In this document: positions 17,689-26,123 of the stretch, piece after piece | Layout of the letters: each line of letters opens with the position of its first letter | Numbering within the stretch: position 1 is the first letter of the stretch | IMG/VR virus record: IMGVR_UViG_3300010157_000038 | DNA: 57,386 nt | Strand: one strand, 5' to 3' | From: an uncultured virus (IMG/VR IMGVR_UViG_3300010157_000038) | Taxonomy: Duplodnaviria; Heunggongvirae; Uroviricota; Caudoviricetes | Made by a program: the position numbers and the translations under genes | The notes under the pieces: model-generated | What the model was told of the DNA's origin: nothing | Seen by the model: the letters and a program-made list of their open reading frames with translations, nothing else | The model's database searches: none

Positions 17689-17961
17689 ATGTCAACTCTA
17701 GCAGACAGTTTAATCCAACAACTCAATCCTTTCGGAACAAACGAAAGCACAGCACTAGCCGAAATGGCTCATAAGATCTCCATTTTAGCTCAACAAGTTA
17801 AAAACCACGAAATCACGATCGACGAGTTTCAAGAATTATCAGATGATCTAGAAGCTTTAAAGGAATCTGCAGCAGATGCGGATGAAGTAAAAAATGTTGA
17901 AGCAATTAACACTATTTTTAATCAACTCGTCACAGTTTTAACGGCAGTTTCAAAAATATAA
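17689..17961 (+). CDS. Hypothetical acidic helical protein
   Basis: 90-aa ORF. Confidence 0.65.
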   Translation: MSTLADSLIQQLNPFGTNESTALAEMAHKISILAQQVKNHEITIDEFQELSDDLEALKESAADADEVKNVEAINTIFNQLVTVLTAVSKI

Positions 17962-17967
17962 AATACC

Positions 17968-18222
17968 ATGATCGCAACAATCAATTATCTATTAGGTGCA
18001 GAGGCTACAATAAATTCATCAGGTACCACATTTAACGGCGCAACAGTGGTGCGCGTATACAATCAAACTGGTTCCGACGTAGTCGTAACGGTTAAAGCTT
18101 CAGGCGGCGCAGTAACAGGTTCTATGACTGTAAAAGGTGGAGACACCGTTTACGTGCAAAAAGGTCCATCTGAAAACATCTCTGCCGCATCTGGAGTAAA
18201 AATGGTTCCAGTAGGGTTCTAA
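17968..18222 (+). CDS. Small late beta-rich protein, possibly structural
   Basis: TATAAATA at 17957-17964; ATVVRVYN...VQKGPSE. Confidence 0.7.
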   Translation: MIATINYLLGAEATINSSGTTFNGATVVRVYNQTGSDVVVTVKASGGAVTGSMTVKGGDTVYVQKGPSENISAASGVKMVPVGF

Positions 18223-18233
18223 TTCTTTTTTGT

Positions 18234-18271
18234 TGTACATAGGTGAATCTGCTAGATAAGATTCACCTATG
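18234..18271 (+). promoter_or_regulatory. Promoter overlapped by perfect 13-bp inverted repeat
   Basis: TGTACA 18234-18239, TAAGAT 18257-18262; CATAGGTGAATCT/AGATTCACCTATG. Confidence 0.6.
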
Positions 18272-18448
18272 AATGAGCACAATATTATTGAAACTAATGG
18301 CGGAATCTGTTTTAGACTGATTCCTTTAATAGATGATATAGATGATTCAGAGTATTTAAGAGTCACTGCGACTACAAAAGTATCACGATATACAGAGCAA
18401 AAACCGATTGAAGAACCACAGCCTGACGATGACGAACGAGACATTTGA
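18269..18448 (+). CDS. Small acidic protein (59 aa)
   Basis: Hand-translated MNEHNIIETNGG...DERDI. Confidence 0.6.
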   Translation: MNEHNIIETNGGICFRLIPLIDDIDDSEYLRVTATTKVSRYTEQKPIEEPQPDDDERDI

Positions 18449-18671
18449 CTTTGGATTCACTGCAGTCGATGAGACTGAGTTAGAAACTACTGTAGCTAGC
18501 CAAGTGGCCGCAGCTACAGCTGAAGAGAAGCTTAAAAAGCTATATGATGCAATTATTCCTTTGCTTCAAAATTTAAAGAAAAATCCTGAAAAGGATTATA
18601 TTAAGTGGCCAAACAGAGTGAAGAAAGTAGAAGAGTTTGAAGGCCTTATTACGAAGATAATAAATTCATAG
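18429..18671 (+). CDS. Conserved T4-like phage protein
   Basis: FDFGFTAVDE...NLKKNPEKDYIKWPNR; ATG 18429. Confidence 0.8.
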   Translation: MTNETFDFGFTAVDETELETTVASQVAAATAEEKLKKLYDAIIPLLQNLKKNPEKDYIKWPNRVKKVEEFEGLITKIINS

Positions 18672-18676
18672 TTTTA

Positions 18677-18744
18677 TAAGTAGTTGATTATCAATAACTT
18701 ATATTTTTTGTATTTGTGTACAAATTCGTAGAATAATATACTAT
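18677..18744 (+). promoter_or_regulatory. Palindrome-associated promoter, copy 4
   Basis: TAAGTAGTTGAT-T-ATCAATAACTTA 18677-18701; TGTACA 18717-18722; TACTAT 18739-18744. Confidence 0.75.
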
Positions 18745-18751
18745 ATACTCC

Positions 18752-19213
18752 ATGAAACAAACTATATCATACATAATCTTTCTTTTAGCGTGCGGTGCAT
18801 CATCTTTTGGTCTTTCTCTAGATAAAAGACTCGATCTAGTTAATGCTCTTGCAATGGTTGAGAGCCATAACAATCCTAATGTATCACATGGAGATCATGG
18901 TAAAGCTTATGGCATCTTGCAAATTCGTCGAGAGATGATACAAGATGCTAATCGCATCTCTCGTCATTCTACTTATGTACTCGATGATGCAGAAAATCCT
19001 CTATTAGCTAGAGAGATTGCCATGAAAGTTTTAACATATTATAACGATTATATTTTAAAAATCGAGCATCGCGAAGCCACTGCTCAAGAATTAGCTTATA
19101 TCTGGAATGGTGGAGGAGCGGCATGGAAGAGATCTAATCATCCAAAAACAGATTCTAAACAGTTTAATCTTGAAAAATATTGGGAAAAGGTGTCGAAATA
19201 CTATAAAGAATAA
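18752..19213 (+). CDS. Secreted lysozyme-like/lytic transglycosylase protein
   Basis: Signal peptide; AMVES catalytic Glu, AYGILQI, IWNGG. Confidence 0.8.
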   Translation: MKQTISYIIFLLACGASSFGLSLDKRLDLVNALAMVESHNNPNVSHGDHGKAYGILQIRREMIQDANRISRHSTYVLDDAENPLLAREIAMKVLTYYNDYILKIEHREATAQELAYIWNGGGAAWKRSNHPKTDSKQFNLEKYWEKVSKYYKE

Positions 19214-19243
19214 ATACATTCATCAGTTTATTGACATGATATC

Positions 19244-19362
19244 TTTTGCTCCGTAGAGCCTATTTCAGTCACGAAGTAGAAAACTCAACAGTTACAGTCA
19301 CTTCCATGGTGACTTACATTATCGTAAAAGAGACTTTACGAAATAGCCTCTACAGAGCAAAA
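19244..19362. ncRNA. Candidate structured RNA or DNA element
   Basis: 23-bp terminal inverted repeat (21/23) enclosing further helices in a 196-bp intergenic gap. Confidence 0.55.
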
Positions 19363-19374
19363 AGTATTTTAAGT

Positions 19375-19402
19375 TGTACATTTGATGAGAGCGTGATACG
19401 AT
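19375..19402 (+). promoter_or_regulatory. Sigma70-like promoter
   Basis: TGTACA, 16 nt, TACGAT, ATG 7 nt later. Confidence 0.55.
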
Positions 19403-19409
19403 ATTTTAT

Positions 19410-19682
19410 ATGAAGACAAAATATGTCCGTCAAGAATTGATTGATCTCTTAAGAGAAACAGCTGTGACTGTCAATTTCACGAAAGTAGATGGTACTAAGC
19501 GTGATATGAAGTGCACATTGGTTTGGGACTTTATTCCTATAGAACATAGACCTCAATCAAAGAAGAATGATGACGAGGCGTCTGTTCGTAAAGAGAACCT
19601 GGACACTATTCGAGCGTTTGACCTCGAAAAGTTTGGTTGGCGTTCATTCCGTCTTGATTCTATAAATTCAGTTGAAGTTTAA
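19410..19682 (+). CDS. SH3/Sm-like beta-barrel protein (DUF2693/WYL_2-like)
   Basis: VNFTKVDGTKRDMKCTL...FDLEKFGWRSFRLD. Confidence 0.8.
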   Translation: MKTKYVRQELIDLLRETAVTVNFTKVDGTKRDMKCTLVWDFIPIEHRPQSKKNDDEASVRKENLDTIRAFDLEKFGWRSFRLDSINSVEV

Positions 19683-19714
19683 TACTACTACTACTACTAA
19701 TATAATAATACATT

Positions 19715-20977
19715 ATGTCTATCGAATCGCTTATTAAGGCCGGTAAACAATCTCACTCTAAAAAGAAAAAGAGAACATCTCAAGTAAACATTATCGACGA
19801 GAAATATACCGGCAAGATACCTATATGGGACAACTGGAAAGACTGGACGGTAGATGAATTCATGAACGAGCGCCAGCGCGCTTTGAACTTCTATGCGTAT
19901 TATTTTACCGCAAAAGATCTAAGGCCCGCGATCAAAGACTGGATGCAGTCGAACCGTTACTCGAAGGAAGACATACGCCGAGTGAATAACGCTCCTGATT
20001 ACTACCCAGGACTTACTGCAGGTTCATTGTGCACGTGCATGAATCGAGGTATGCCTTCTCTGCACCCTGAAGCTCAGGCGTATCACGATAAGATGATAGG
20101 TGTCGGCGGTATCGCCAGGTCCGATGAAGATTTCGTGAGAGAGGCGATATCCATAGCGATAGAGGAAGGTAAGAAGGTTCAAGAAGAAGATCCTTTGGCC
20201 GATGCTGATTCTGGCGATAGCAAGTCCATATCTCCTATGGCTCGCCTTCAGAAGAAGACTCAGAGCACTATCATCTTGGATCTCGATGTCATGCTCGATG
20301 GTTGGATGGACGGTGATACTGATATAAAAGGAATACAGGTTTACGACAAGATGAGAGAGTATGAACTTCCTGCGGCTTGTTGCGCTCAGGTCTCCATCTG
20401 GCTCAGCAAGCACCGCGACGCGATGCAGTCCGCTCTCGATAAGTCGGATCTCGATCTAGTCGAAGGCTATAGGTATCTCAATGCAAAACAATTAAAGACT
20501 CGCGTAGAGGCTCTTCAATCTATGCTCGAAGATCTAAACAAGTTTAAACATACCGCAAAAGCTCAAAGGACTCCAAGAGAAAAGAAGATGCCTTCCGCAA
20601 TGAAGCAGGTGGAGAGATTGAAGTACTGCAAGCAGGATAACAACTTCAAGATCACTTCGGTGAATCCTATCCGAGTGGCTGGAGCTTACAGACTTCTTGC
20701 GTTTAATGTAAAGACTCGCACTCTATTTGATTACGTTTCAGAATCTACAAAAGGCATTCTCATAAAGGGTACTTCATTAAAGAATATGGCCGATGAATCG
20801 TGTAAAGCTGTACGTCTCAGGAAGCCAGAAGAGATACTGCCGATAATCTTAAATGGTACTCCTAAGCAGATCGAGAATGCCTGGAAGAAACTAACCACGA
20901 AAGAATCCAAACCTAACGGCAGGATCAATGAAGATGTCGTACTGCTCAGGGTTTTTGAGAGGCGTATAGATACTTAA
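19715..20977 (+). CDS. Conserved hypothetical protein of T4-like phages
   Basis: 420 aa; C-terminal LRKPEE...PNGRINED. Confidence 0.8.
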   Translation: MSIESLIKAGKQSHSKKKKRTSQVNIIDEKYTGKIPIWDNWKDWTVDEFMNERQRALNFYAYYFTAKDLRPAIKDWMQSNRYSKEDIRRVNNAPDYYPGLTAGSLCTCMNRGMPSLHPEAQAYHDKMIGVGGIARSDEDFVREAISIAIEEGKKVQEEDPLADADSGDSKSISPMARLQKKTQSTIILDLDVMLDGWMDGDTDIKGIQVYDKMREYELPAACCAQVSIWLSKHRDAMQSALDKSDLDLVEGYRYLNAKQLKTRVEALQSMLEDLNKFKHTAKAQRTPREKKMPSAMKQVERLKYCKQDNNFKITSVNPIRVAGAYRLLAFNVKTRTLFDYVSESTKGILIKGTSLKNMADESCKAVRLRKPEEILPIILNGTPKQIENAWKKLTTKESKPNGRINEDVVLLRVFERRIDT

Positions 20978-21086
20978 TATATCTTAAGGGAAAACACTCC
21001 AGATAATTCGTATTTAAATTAATTCATCGAGCTCATATTACCTTTACAACTTTATAGTTCGAGTATATAATTCAATCTTCAAATAC

Positions 21087-21320
21087 ATGCTGGATAATCT
21101 TCTAACAAAAACAACATTAGCTATAATTGTCGAAAAACTGGTTCAAACAGAAAAAATGACATATACAGAAGCCGTCCTTCACGTCTGTGATGAAAGACAA
21201 CTCGATCCTGCTGATATGGGTAAACTTATTGCTCCTACTATCAAGTCTAAGATTGAGGCCGAGGCAATGAAAGCTAATCTATTACCTAAGAGCAATTCTC
21301 TCGATAGTTTCATAAAATAA
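21087..21320 (+). CDS. gp33: Late-promoter transcription coactivator
   Basis: YTEAVLHVC...IKSKIEAEA; synteny 33-59-32; TTTACA/TATAAT promoter at 21043-21071. Confidence 0.88.
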   Translation: MLDNLLTKTTLAIIVEKLVQTEKMTYTEAVLHVCDERQLDPADMGKLIAPTIKSKIEAEAMKANLLPKSNSLDSFIK

Positions 21321-21322
21321 TA

Positions 21323-21943
21323 ATGCAACCTTGGGATGCATACTTGATATATAATGCCGTACGATTGCATTTCGATAGTGAAGACTACGACGTGTTTAAG
21401 TACAACTTTAAAACTTCTGCAAAACAGAAGTCGTTTCTTCTACGTAAGGATAGATTCTTTTTCGCTAAACTAGCAAAAAAATATCCTGACAAACAAACTT
21501 TGGTTGACTTCCTAGTAGCCAACTTTACTTTTAGGGAAAAAGGTGGCTGCTGGGCCGGAGACCTTATCGATCCAGTTGCTGAAGATGCTTATCAATCCTG
21601 GCTCAAAAAGCGAGATTCGATGACTTATTTCTTCACACAGCAAATTGATACACTGGCACTTTTCTGTGAACAGAACAAGATATATTTTGACAACCTATTA
21701 AAAAATGGGAATCATAATATGTCACCCATCATAGTAAAATTGTACAATGAACACACGATAGAGTTAGAGACTATCGTCATTATCGATTTGCTAGTTAACT
21801 TCATGAAAAACGTGAAAGTATCAGAGACCATCTTTTGGCCTGATTTTTCTCGCAAAGTTCGGAAGTACAGACCTTTTCTTAAACAGACCGTAGATCTTGA
21901 AAAGTTTAAAGATATTATTCTTAAAAGATTTACATCTGCATGA
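21323..21943 (+). CDS. gp59: Helicase loader
   Basis: AVRLHF..YDVFKY, RKDRFFFAKL, KYRPF. Confidence 0.92.
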   Translation: MQPWDAYLIYNAVRLHFDSEDYDVFKYNFKTSAKQKSFLLRKDRFFFAKLAKKYPDKQTLVDFLVANFTFREKGGCWAGDLIDPVAEDAYQSWLKKRDSMTYFFTQQIDTLALFCEQNKIYFDNLLKNGNHNMSPIIVKLYNEHTIELETIVIIDLLVNFMKNVKVSETIFWPDFSRKVRKYRPFLKQTVDLEKFKDIILKRFTSA

Positions 21944-22013
21944 GAGATGTTATACATAAATACGTCGTTATACAAAAAATACAATACTAATAATACTAAA
22001 ATAAGGAAATACT

Positions 22014-22928
22014 ATGTCGTTTGCTGATATGAAGAAAAACCGCACTAGCGCAATTACAAAATTGACTGCTGCTGCAGAAAAAGTTGGTGGAGCTGGAGAA
22101 AAGAAGTCCTATGAGGATAATCGTTTCTGGGCACCAGCCGTAGATAAAGCCGGAAATGGATACGCAGTTATTCGTTTCTTACCAGCATGTAAAGGTGAAG
22201 ATCTTCCATGGATTCGTTATTGGGATCATGGTTTTAAAGGACCTACAGGCCGTTGGTATATTGAAAACTCTCTTACTTCAATCGGTCAAACTGATCCAGT
22301 AGGTGAATTAAATTCTAAACTATGGAATACCGGACGCGAGGAAGACAAAGAAGTTGCCCGCCTTCAAAAACGTCGTTTACACTATGTTTCAAACATATTA
22401 GTTCTTGTAGACTCAACGAACCCATCAAACGAAGGTAAAGTATTCTTATACAAGTTTGGTAAAAAGATCTTTGATAAGATCGTCGATATCATGCAGCCTC
22501 AATTTGAAGATGAGAAGCCTGTTAATCCTTTCGACTTTTGGGAAGGCGCAGACTTCAAGTTAAAGATTCGTAATGTTGAAGGTTATCGCAACTACGATAA
22601 GTCCGAGTTTTCTGATGCGTCTCCTCTATTTGGTGGAGACGAGAAGAAGCTAGAAGACACGTATAATACACTTTATTCATTGAAGGAATTCACTGATGTA
22701 AAGAATTATAAGTCTTATGCAGAACTCTCAAAGAAACTATCAGAAGTTCTTGGAGAAACTAGTCAACCTCTCACGACTGCAGAGTCTACAGATCTTGATG
22801 AATCCACGCCTGCTCCAAGGAAAGCTACGGCTACTGCTGCAACACCGAGGACGGAAGCTTCTGCGCAAGATTCTGATGGAGAAGAAAACACTCTCAGTTA
22901 CTTTGCTAAATTGGCTAAAGAAGACTAA
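22014..22928 (+). CDS. gp32: Single-stranded DNA-binding protein
   Basis: DKAGNGYAVIRFLP, WYIENSL, FKLKIR..GYRNYDKSEF, acidic tail. Confidence 0.97.
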   Translation: MSFADMKKNRTSAITKLTAAAEKVGGAGEKKSYEDNRFWAPAVDKAGNGYAVIRFLPACKGEDLPWIRYWDHGFKGPTGRWYIENSLTSIGQTDPVGELNSKLWNTGREEDKEVARLQKRRLHYVSNILVLVDSTNPSNEGKVFLYKFGKKIFDKIVDIMQPQFEDEKPVNPFDFWEGADFKLKIRNVEGYRNYDKSEFSDASPLFGGDEKKLEDTYNTLYSLKEFTDVKNYKSYAELSKKLSEVLGETSQPLTTAESTDLDESTPAPRKATATAATPRTEASAQDSDGEENTLSYFAKLAKED

Positions 22929-22960
22929 GATTTTTGATTCACTATATTATGATAATACAG

Positions 22961-22989
22961 AAGAGAGGGGTAAAACCCTCTCTTTTTTT
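22961..22989 (+). terminator. Terminator between convergent genes
   Basis: AAGAGAGGG-GTAAAA-CCCTCTCTT plus T run. Confidence 0.85.
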
Positions 22990-22996
22990 GTGCTTA

Positions 22997-25192
22997 TTAG
23001 AAACCAGCGTAGGAAGGTAACATCATCCAGGAAGTCCTATCAGGTACATTATTGTTGTTATATGTTACAGAGCTAGAGTTATTAGTTACACTTGATCCCT
23101 TTGGAGCGGGTGCAGGAGCGACAGCTTGAGTAGTACCAGCAGCATTAGCGTCTGCAGTATCAGACTGCATAGCATTCATTTCAGCACCAGTAGTAGATGT
23201 AGCTGCAGGAGCAATCTGATCTGCTGGTGTAGTCGCTGTAGCTGCAGGAGCAATCTGATCTGCTGGTGTAGTCGCTGTAGTATCTGCTGATGGACTTTCA
23301 ACAGTTTTAGATGCAGAAGCAGAACCCTTCTCATCGCCAGTCGGTAAACCGAGTAACTTTAATGCTTTCTTGGTTATATCAAATCCTGCAATCTTAGCTA
23401 TTGCTTGAATAGGTGCTAATAGAACGCGTATTAATGCACCAAGTGCATCTTTTATAAGTTCAACTATCCCTATCTTACCAGACATTAGCTTTTTAAAGTC
23501 ATCAAATATTTTCATATATGAACCAAAGATGTCGGTAAAGAATCCTACTGAAGCATCTACGATGTTTCCAATAAGTTTTGTGAATAGATCTTTGAATGAG
23601 AAGCTATCTAAGAACTTCTCAACATTCTTAAAGCCTAACTTGCCCGCTATCCAAGATACGCAACTCTTTAATAAGTCGAGTAGACCACCTACTAAACCAT
23701 CTACAACCCTTGAAAGACCTTCCTTGATACCAGCAATGACCTTATCAGCCATGTCGCCTTTAGTATTCTTAAAGCCATCCATAAATCCGCTGATAGCATC
23801 CCAAGCAGACATTATGATGGTTAAAGGCAACGCTAGTTTACCTAAGAGTTCACCAAATACTTTACCAATACTAAACAGCTTTTCACCAATAAACTTTAAC
23901 TTTTCAAACCATTTAGAAACAAATCCAAAAGCTTTTGTAAATATACCAACTGCTTCTTCGCCTTTCTTTACTTTGCTAAAGAGTGAAGTAAATTCTTCAA
24001 TCTTAGTTGTTAGGCTTTTAAATGTAGTAGCTATATCATTTATAAATTCACTCTCAGTAAAAAACGACTTAACTGATGAAAATAGTTCTTTTAAAGAATT
24101 GCCAAATGACTTAAACCCTTGTATAGATGCTTCTACTTGTTTACCAAGTGTTTCAGCAACAGTAGCACCTATAGTTTCTAGTTTAGTGACAAATAACTCA
24201 AGTCCTTCAGAAATACCATTGATAGCTTTAGTAAAGCTTTCACTAATATTTTTACCAATGCTTTTTAGTTTATTTGCGACGATCTCAAGATCTTTTGCTA
24301 AAGGCGATTCCTTAGCCGCTTGCATAAATTCTTCAAAGTTTTTAGCTAGGTTAGCGCCAAACTTCTTAATTCCATCAATAACCGATTTAATATCCTTAAC
24401 TAATTCTGATTGCTTCATTGCCATGACTAGTTCGTCAAACTCCGCAGCTAAGTTTGAACCAAACTTCTTTATACCCTCAAACCCTGATTTAATACCCTTT
24501 ATAAATTTAGAGTCATTTAAAGCAGTAAGTAGATTCTCAAAAGATTCGCCTATCTTTATGCTTTTAAGTTTTGTAATTAAATCGTCAAAGTTAAATACTT
24601 TTTTAATTAAAGTATAAAGCATCTTGGCTTGTTTTGCTATTTCAGCAATAAAACCAGTAATCATACCGGCCAAGGCAGAGCCAATAGCGACTGCCCATCC
24701 TAGAAGACCCATACTTCCCATCTTCTCTTTTTGTTTCTTCTGTCTAACTAATTCATCTAAATCTTCTTTTTGTTCACGATTTGTATCAAGGATTGACTCA
24801 AACTGCTTTTCAAACTTAAGATATATCTTACCGCGCTCTTTACTTTCTATCTGACTGGCTTCTGAAGTCTCATTCATACGAATGAGCATCGCTGCTACGT
24901 CCTCCATGATAAGCTTTGCTCGGCTGGATATATTCTCTGCCGAATGCTTAATGGCTACTAGCATGCCAACGTTAAATTGATATAGTGGTCCTAAACCTTC
25001 TTCGGTTAGGAAGTTATATATCCTATTGAGTATAGCTATACTGCTTTCCTCAAACTTTTTGGTTTCAGTAGGTTTAATGGCTTCAATTGCAGCTTCGGCA
25101 GCAATCTCGGTATTCATGTTGATTCTATCCAGAGTCTTATTGACTCCGGCGAATTCCGCTAATAGATCTCTGAATGCCATTTCTTCTGCCAT
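22997..25192 (-). CDS. Tape-measure-like / gp29-position tail length protein
   Basis: 731 aa of amphipathic helical repeats with periodic F/W; downstream of gp26/gp51; AATAAATA at 25200-25207. Confidence 0.7.
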   Translation of the reverse strand: MAEEMAFRDLLAEFAGVNKTLDRINMNTEIAAEAAIEAIKPTETKKFEESSIAILNRIYNFLTEEGLGPLYQFNVGMLVAIKHSAENISSRAKLIMEDVAAMLIRMNETSEASQIESKERGKIYLKFEKQFESILDTNREQKEDLDELVRQKKQKEKMGSMGLLGWAVAIGSALAGMITGFIAEIAKQAKMLYTLIKKVFNFDDLITKLKSIKIGESFENLLTALNDSKFIKGIKSGFEGIKKFGSNLAAEFDELVMAMKQSELVKDIKSVIDGIKKFGANLAKNFEEFMQAAKESPLAKDLEIVANKLKSIGKNISESFTKAINGISEGLELFVTKLETIGATVAETLGKQVEASIQGFKSFGNSLKELFSSVKSFFTESEFINDIATTFKSLTTKIEEFTSLFSKVKKGEEAVGIFTKAFGFVSKWFEKLKFIGEKLFSIGKVFGELLGKLALPLTIIMSAWDAISGFMDGFKNTKGDMADKVIAGIKEGLSRVVDGLVGGLLDLLKSCVSWIAGKLGFKNVEKFLDSFSFKDLFTKLIGNIVDASVGFFTDIFGSYMKIFDDFKKLMSGKIGIVELIKDALGALIRVLLAPIQAIAKIAGFDITKKALKLLGLPTGDEKGSASASKTVESPSADTTATTPADQIAPAATATTPADQIAPAATSTTGAEMNAMQSDTADANAAGTTQAVAPAPAPKGSSVTNNSSSVTYNNNNVPDRTSWMMLPSYAGF
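23198..23280. repeat. 39-bp perfect tandem duplication
   Basis: TGTAGCTGCAGGAGCAATCTGATCTGCTGGTGTAGTCGC x2, encoding ATTPADQIAPAAT. Confidence 0.95.
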
Positions 25193-25205
25193 ATAAGTCT
25201 ATTTA

Positions 25206-25400
25206 TTAAGAAATAGTGTTATTTTTCTTTTTGGCGCGTTCATTTTCTCCTTTTACGTGCTCTATTAACAAGGAAACATAGATATCCCTCTCCCAAGGCA
25301 TCATTTCATTAAGTTCAGTTAAACTATACTTATGATGTTGCATCATTGCAAAGTTAGTCTGATAATGATTAACTAGAGTGTCGTGAGAGAGGGATATTAG
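25206..25400 (-). CDS. gp51: gp51-like baseplate hub assembly protein; probably the -1 frame extension of gp26
   Basis: Hand-translated LISLSHDTLVNHYQTNFAMMQHHKYSLTELNEMMPWERDIY; first ATG only at 25346. Confidence 0.85.
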   Translation of the reverse strand, partial: LISLSHDTLVNHYQTNFAMMQHHKYSLTELNEMMPWERDIYVSLLIEHVKGENERAKKKNNTIS

Positions 25401-26104
25401 AAAAAATTCTGAAGTCCCTTAATTACTATCTTGTTCTGCTCCTTACAATGAGCGCACTCAAAGGCAATCTCGTGCTCAAGCTTAGGCATCTTCTCAATGA
25501 ACTCTTGAATCTTTTGGAACTGCGACTGATTTAATGACTCCACGAACTCTAATAGCTCTTCCGGAGTCTGATCGGCTGCCTTATGGATCTGTTTCTCATC
25601 ATAGATGCTATCGATACACTTAATCACGATATCAAAAAGAGCTTTACGTTGGTCCTCTTCGTTCTTTGCTCCAAGATCTGTTAAAAAGTCTACTTTAGGC
25701 CAAGTCAAAGATATTCCAACCTTATCGGTCAATTTTATCTTATTTGAAGGAACTTTCGACATATCAACTTCAATTGATTCCAGGTTTACGTCTACGTTCG
25801 TCTTCTTCTCGCACTTCTCGCATTTGATGCTAAGCTTAGACGTCTCACCGACTGATTTTGATCGAAGTTTTAAAAAGATATACTCGAGATCAAACAAAGC
25901 GAGTTTGTCTGGATCTACCTTATCAAACGTACAACTAGCCACGACGTCTTTCATCGCCTGAAGCATTTGCTTCTGGTCTGAGGATTCCATCGCTACCATA
26001 AGAATCTTTTCTTCTTTTACTAGATACGGACGGTAGTGTATCTTCTTCCCCGTGGAAGGAATCTTTGTTTCATATTTGGGTGTTTCAAGGATAGGTAGTG
26101 CCAT
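25397..26104 (-). CDS. gp26: gp26-like baseplate hub/assembly protein
   Basis: MALP...PSTGK..YRPYLVKEEKIL, FDLEYIFLKLRSKSVGE, two CxxC, ends GLQNFF. Confidence 0.9.
   Translation of the reverse strand: MALPILETPKYETKIPSTGKKIHYRPYLVKEEKILMVAMESSDQKQMLQAMKDVVASCTFDKVDPDKLALFDLEYIFLKLRSKSVGETSKLSIKCEKCEKKTNVDVNLESIEVDMSKVPSNKIKLTDKVGISLTWPKVDFLTDLGAKNEEDQRKALFDIVIKCIDSIYDEKQIHKAADQTPEELLEFVESLNQSQFQKIQEFIEKMPKLEHEIAFECAHCKEQNKIVIKGLQNFF
25400..25406 (-). other. Putative -1 frameshift slippery heptamer T TTT TTC
   Basis: AAT TTT TTC TAA at end of gp26; the -1 frame is the gp51 frame. Confidence 0.7.
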
Positions 26105-26123
26105 AATGTTTTAATGATTAATG

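Noticed and set aside
19215..19270. Minus-strand CTGATGA and GAAA suggesting a hammerhead ribozyme
   Set aside because: Stems I and II cannot be formed around the core
19683..19699. (CTA)n microsatellite
   Set aside because: Short intergenic run similar to other TACTA-rich leaders; no evidence for phase variation
23529..24854. Long plus-strand ORFs (362 and 76 aa)
   Set aside because: Antisense shadows of the tape-measure-like gene with S/L/P/F-biased composition
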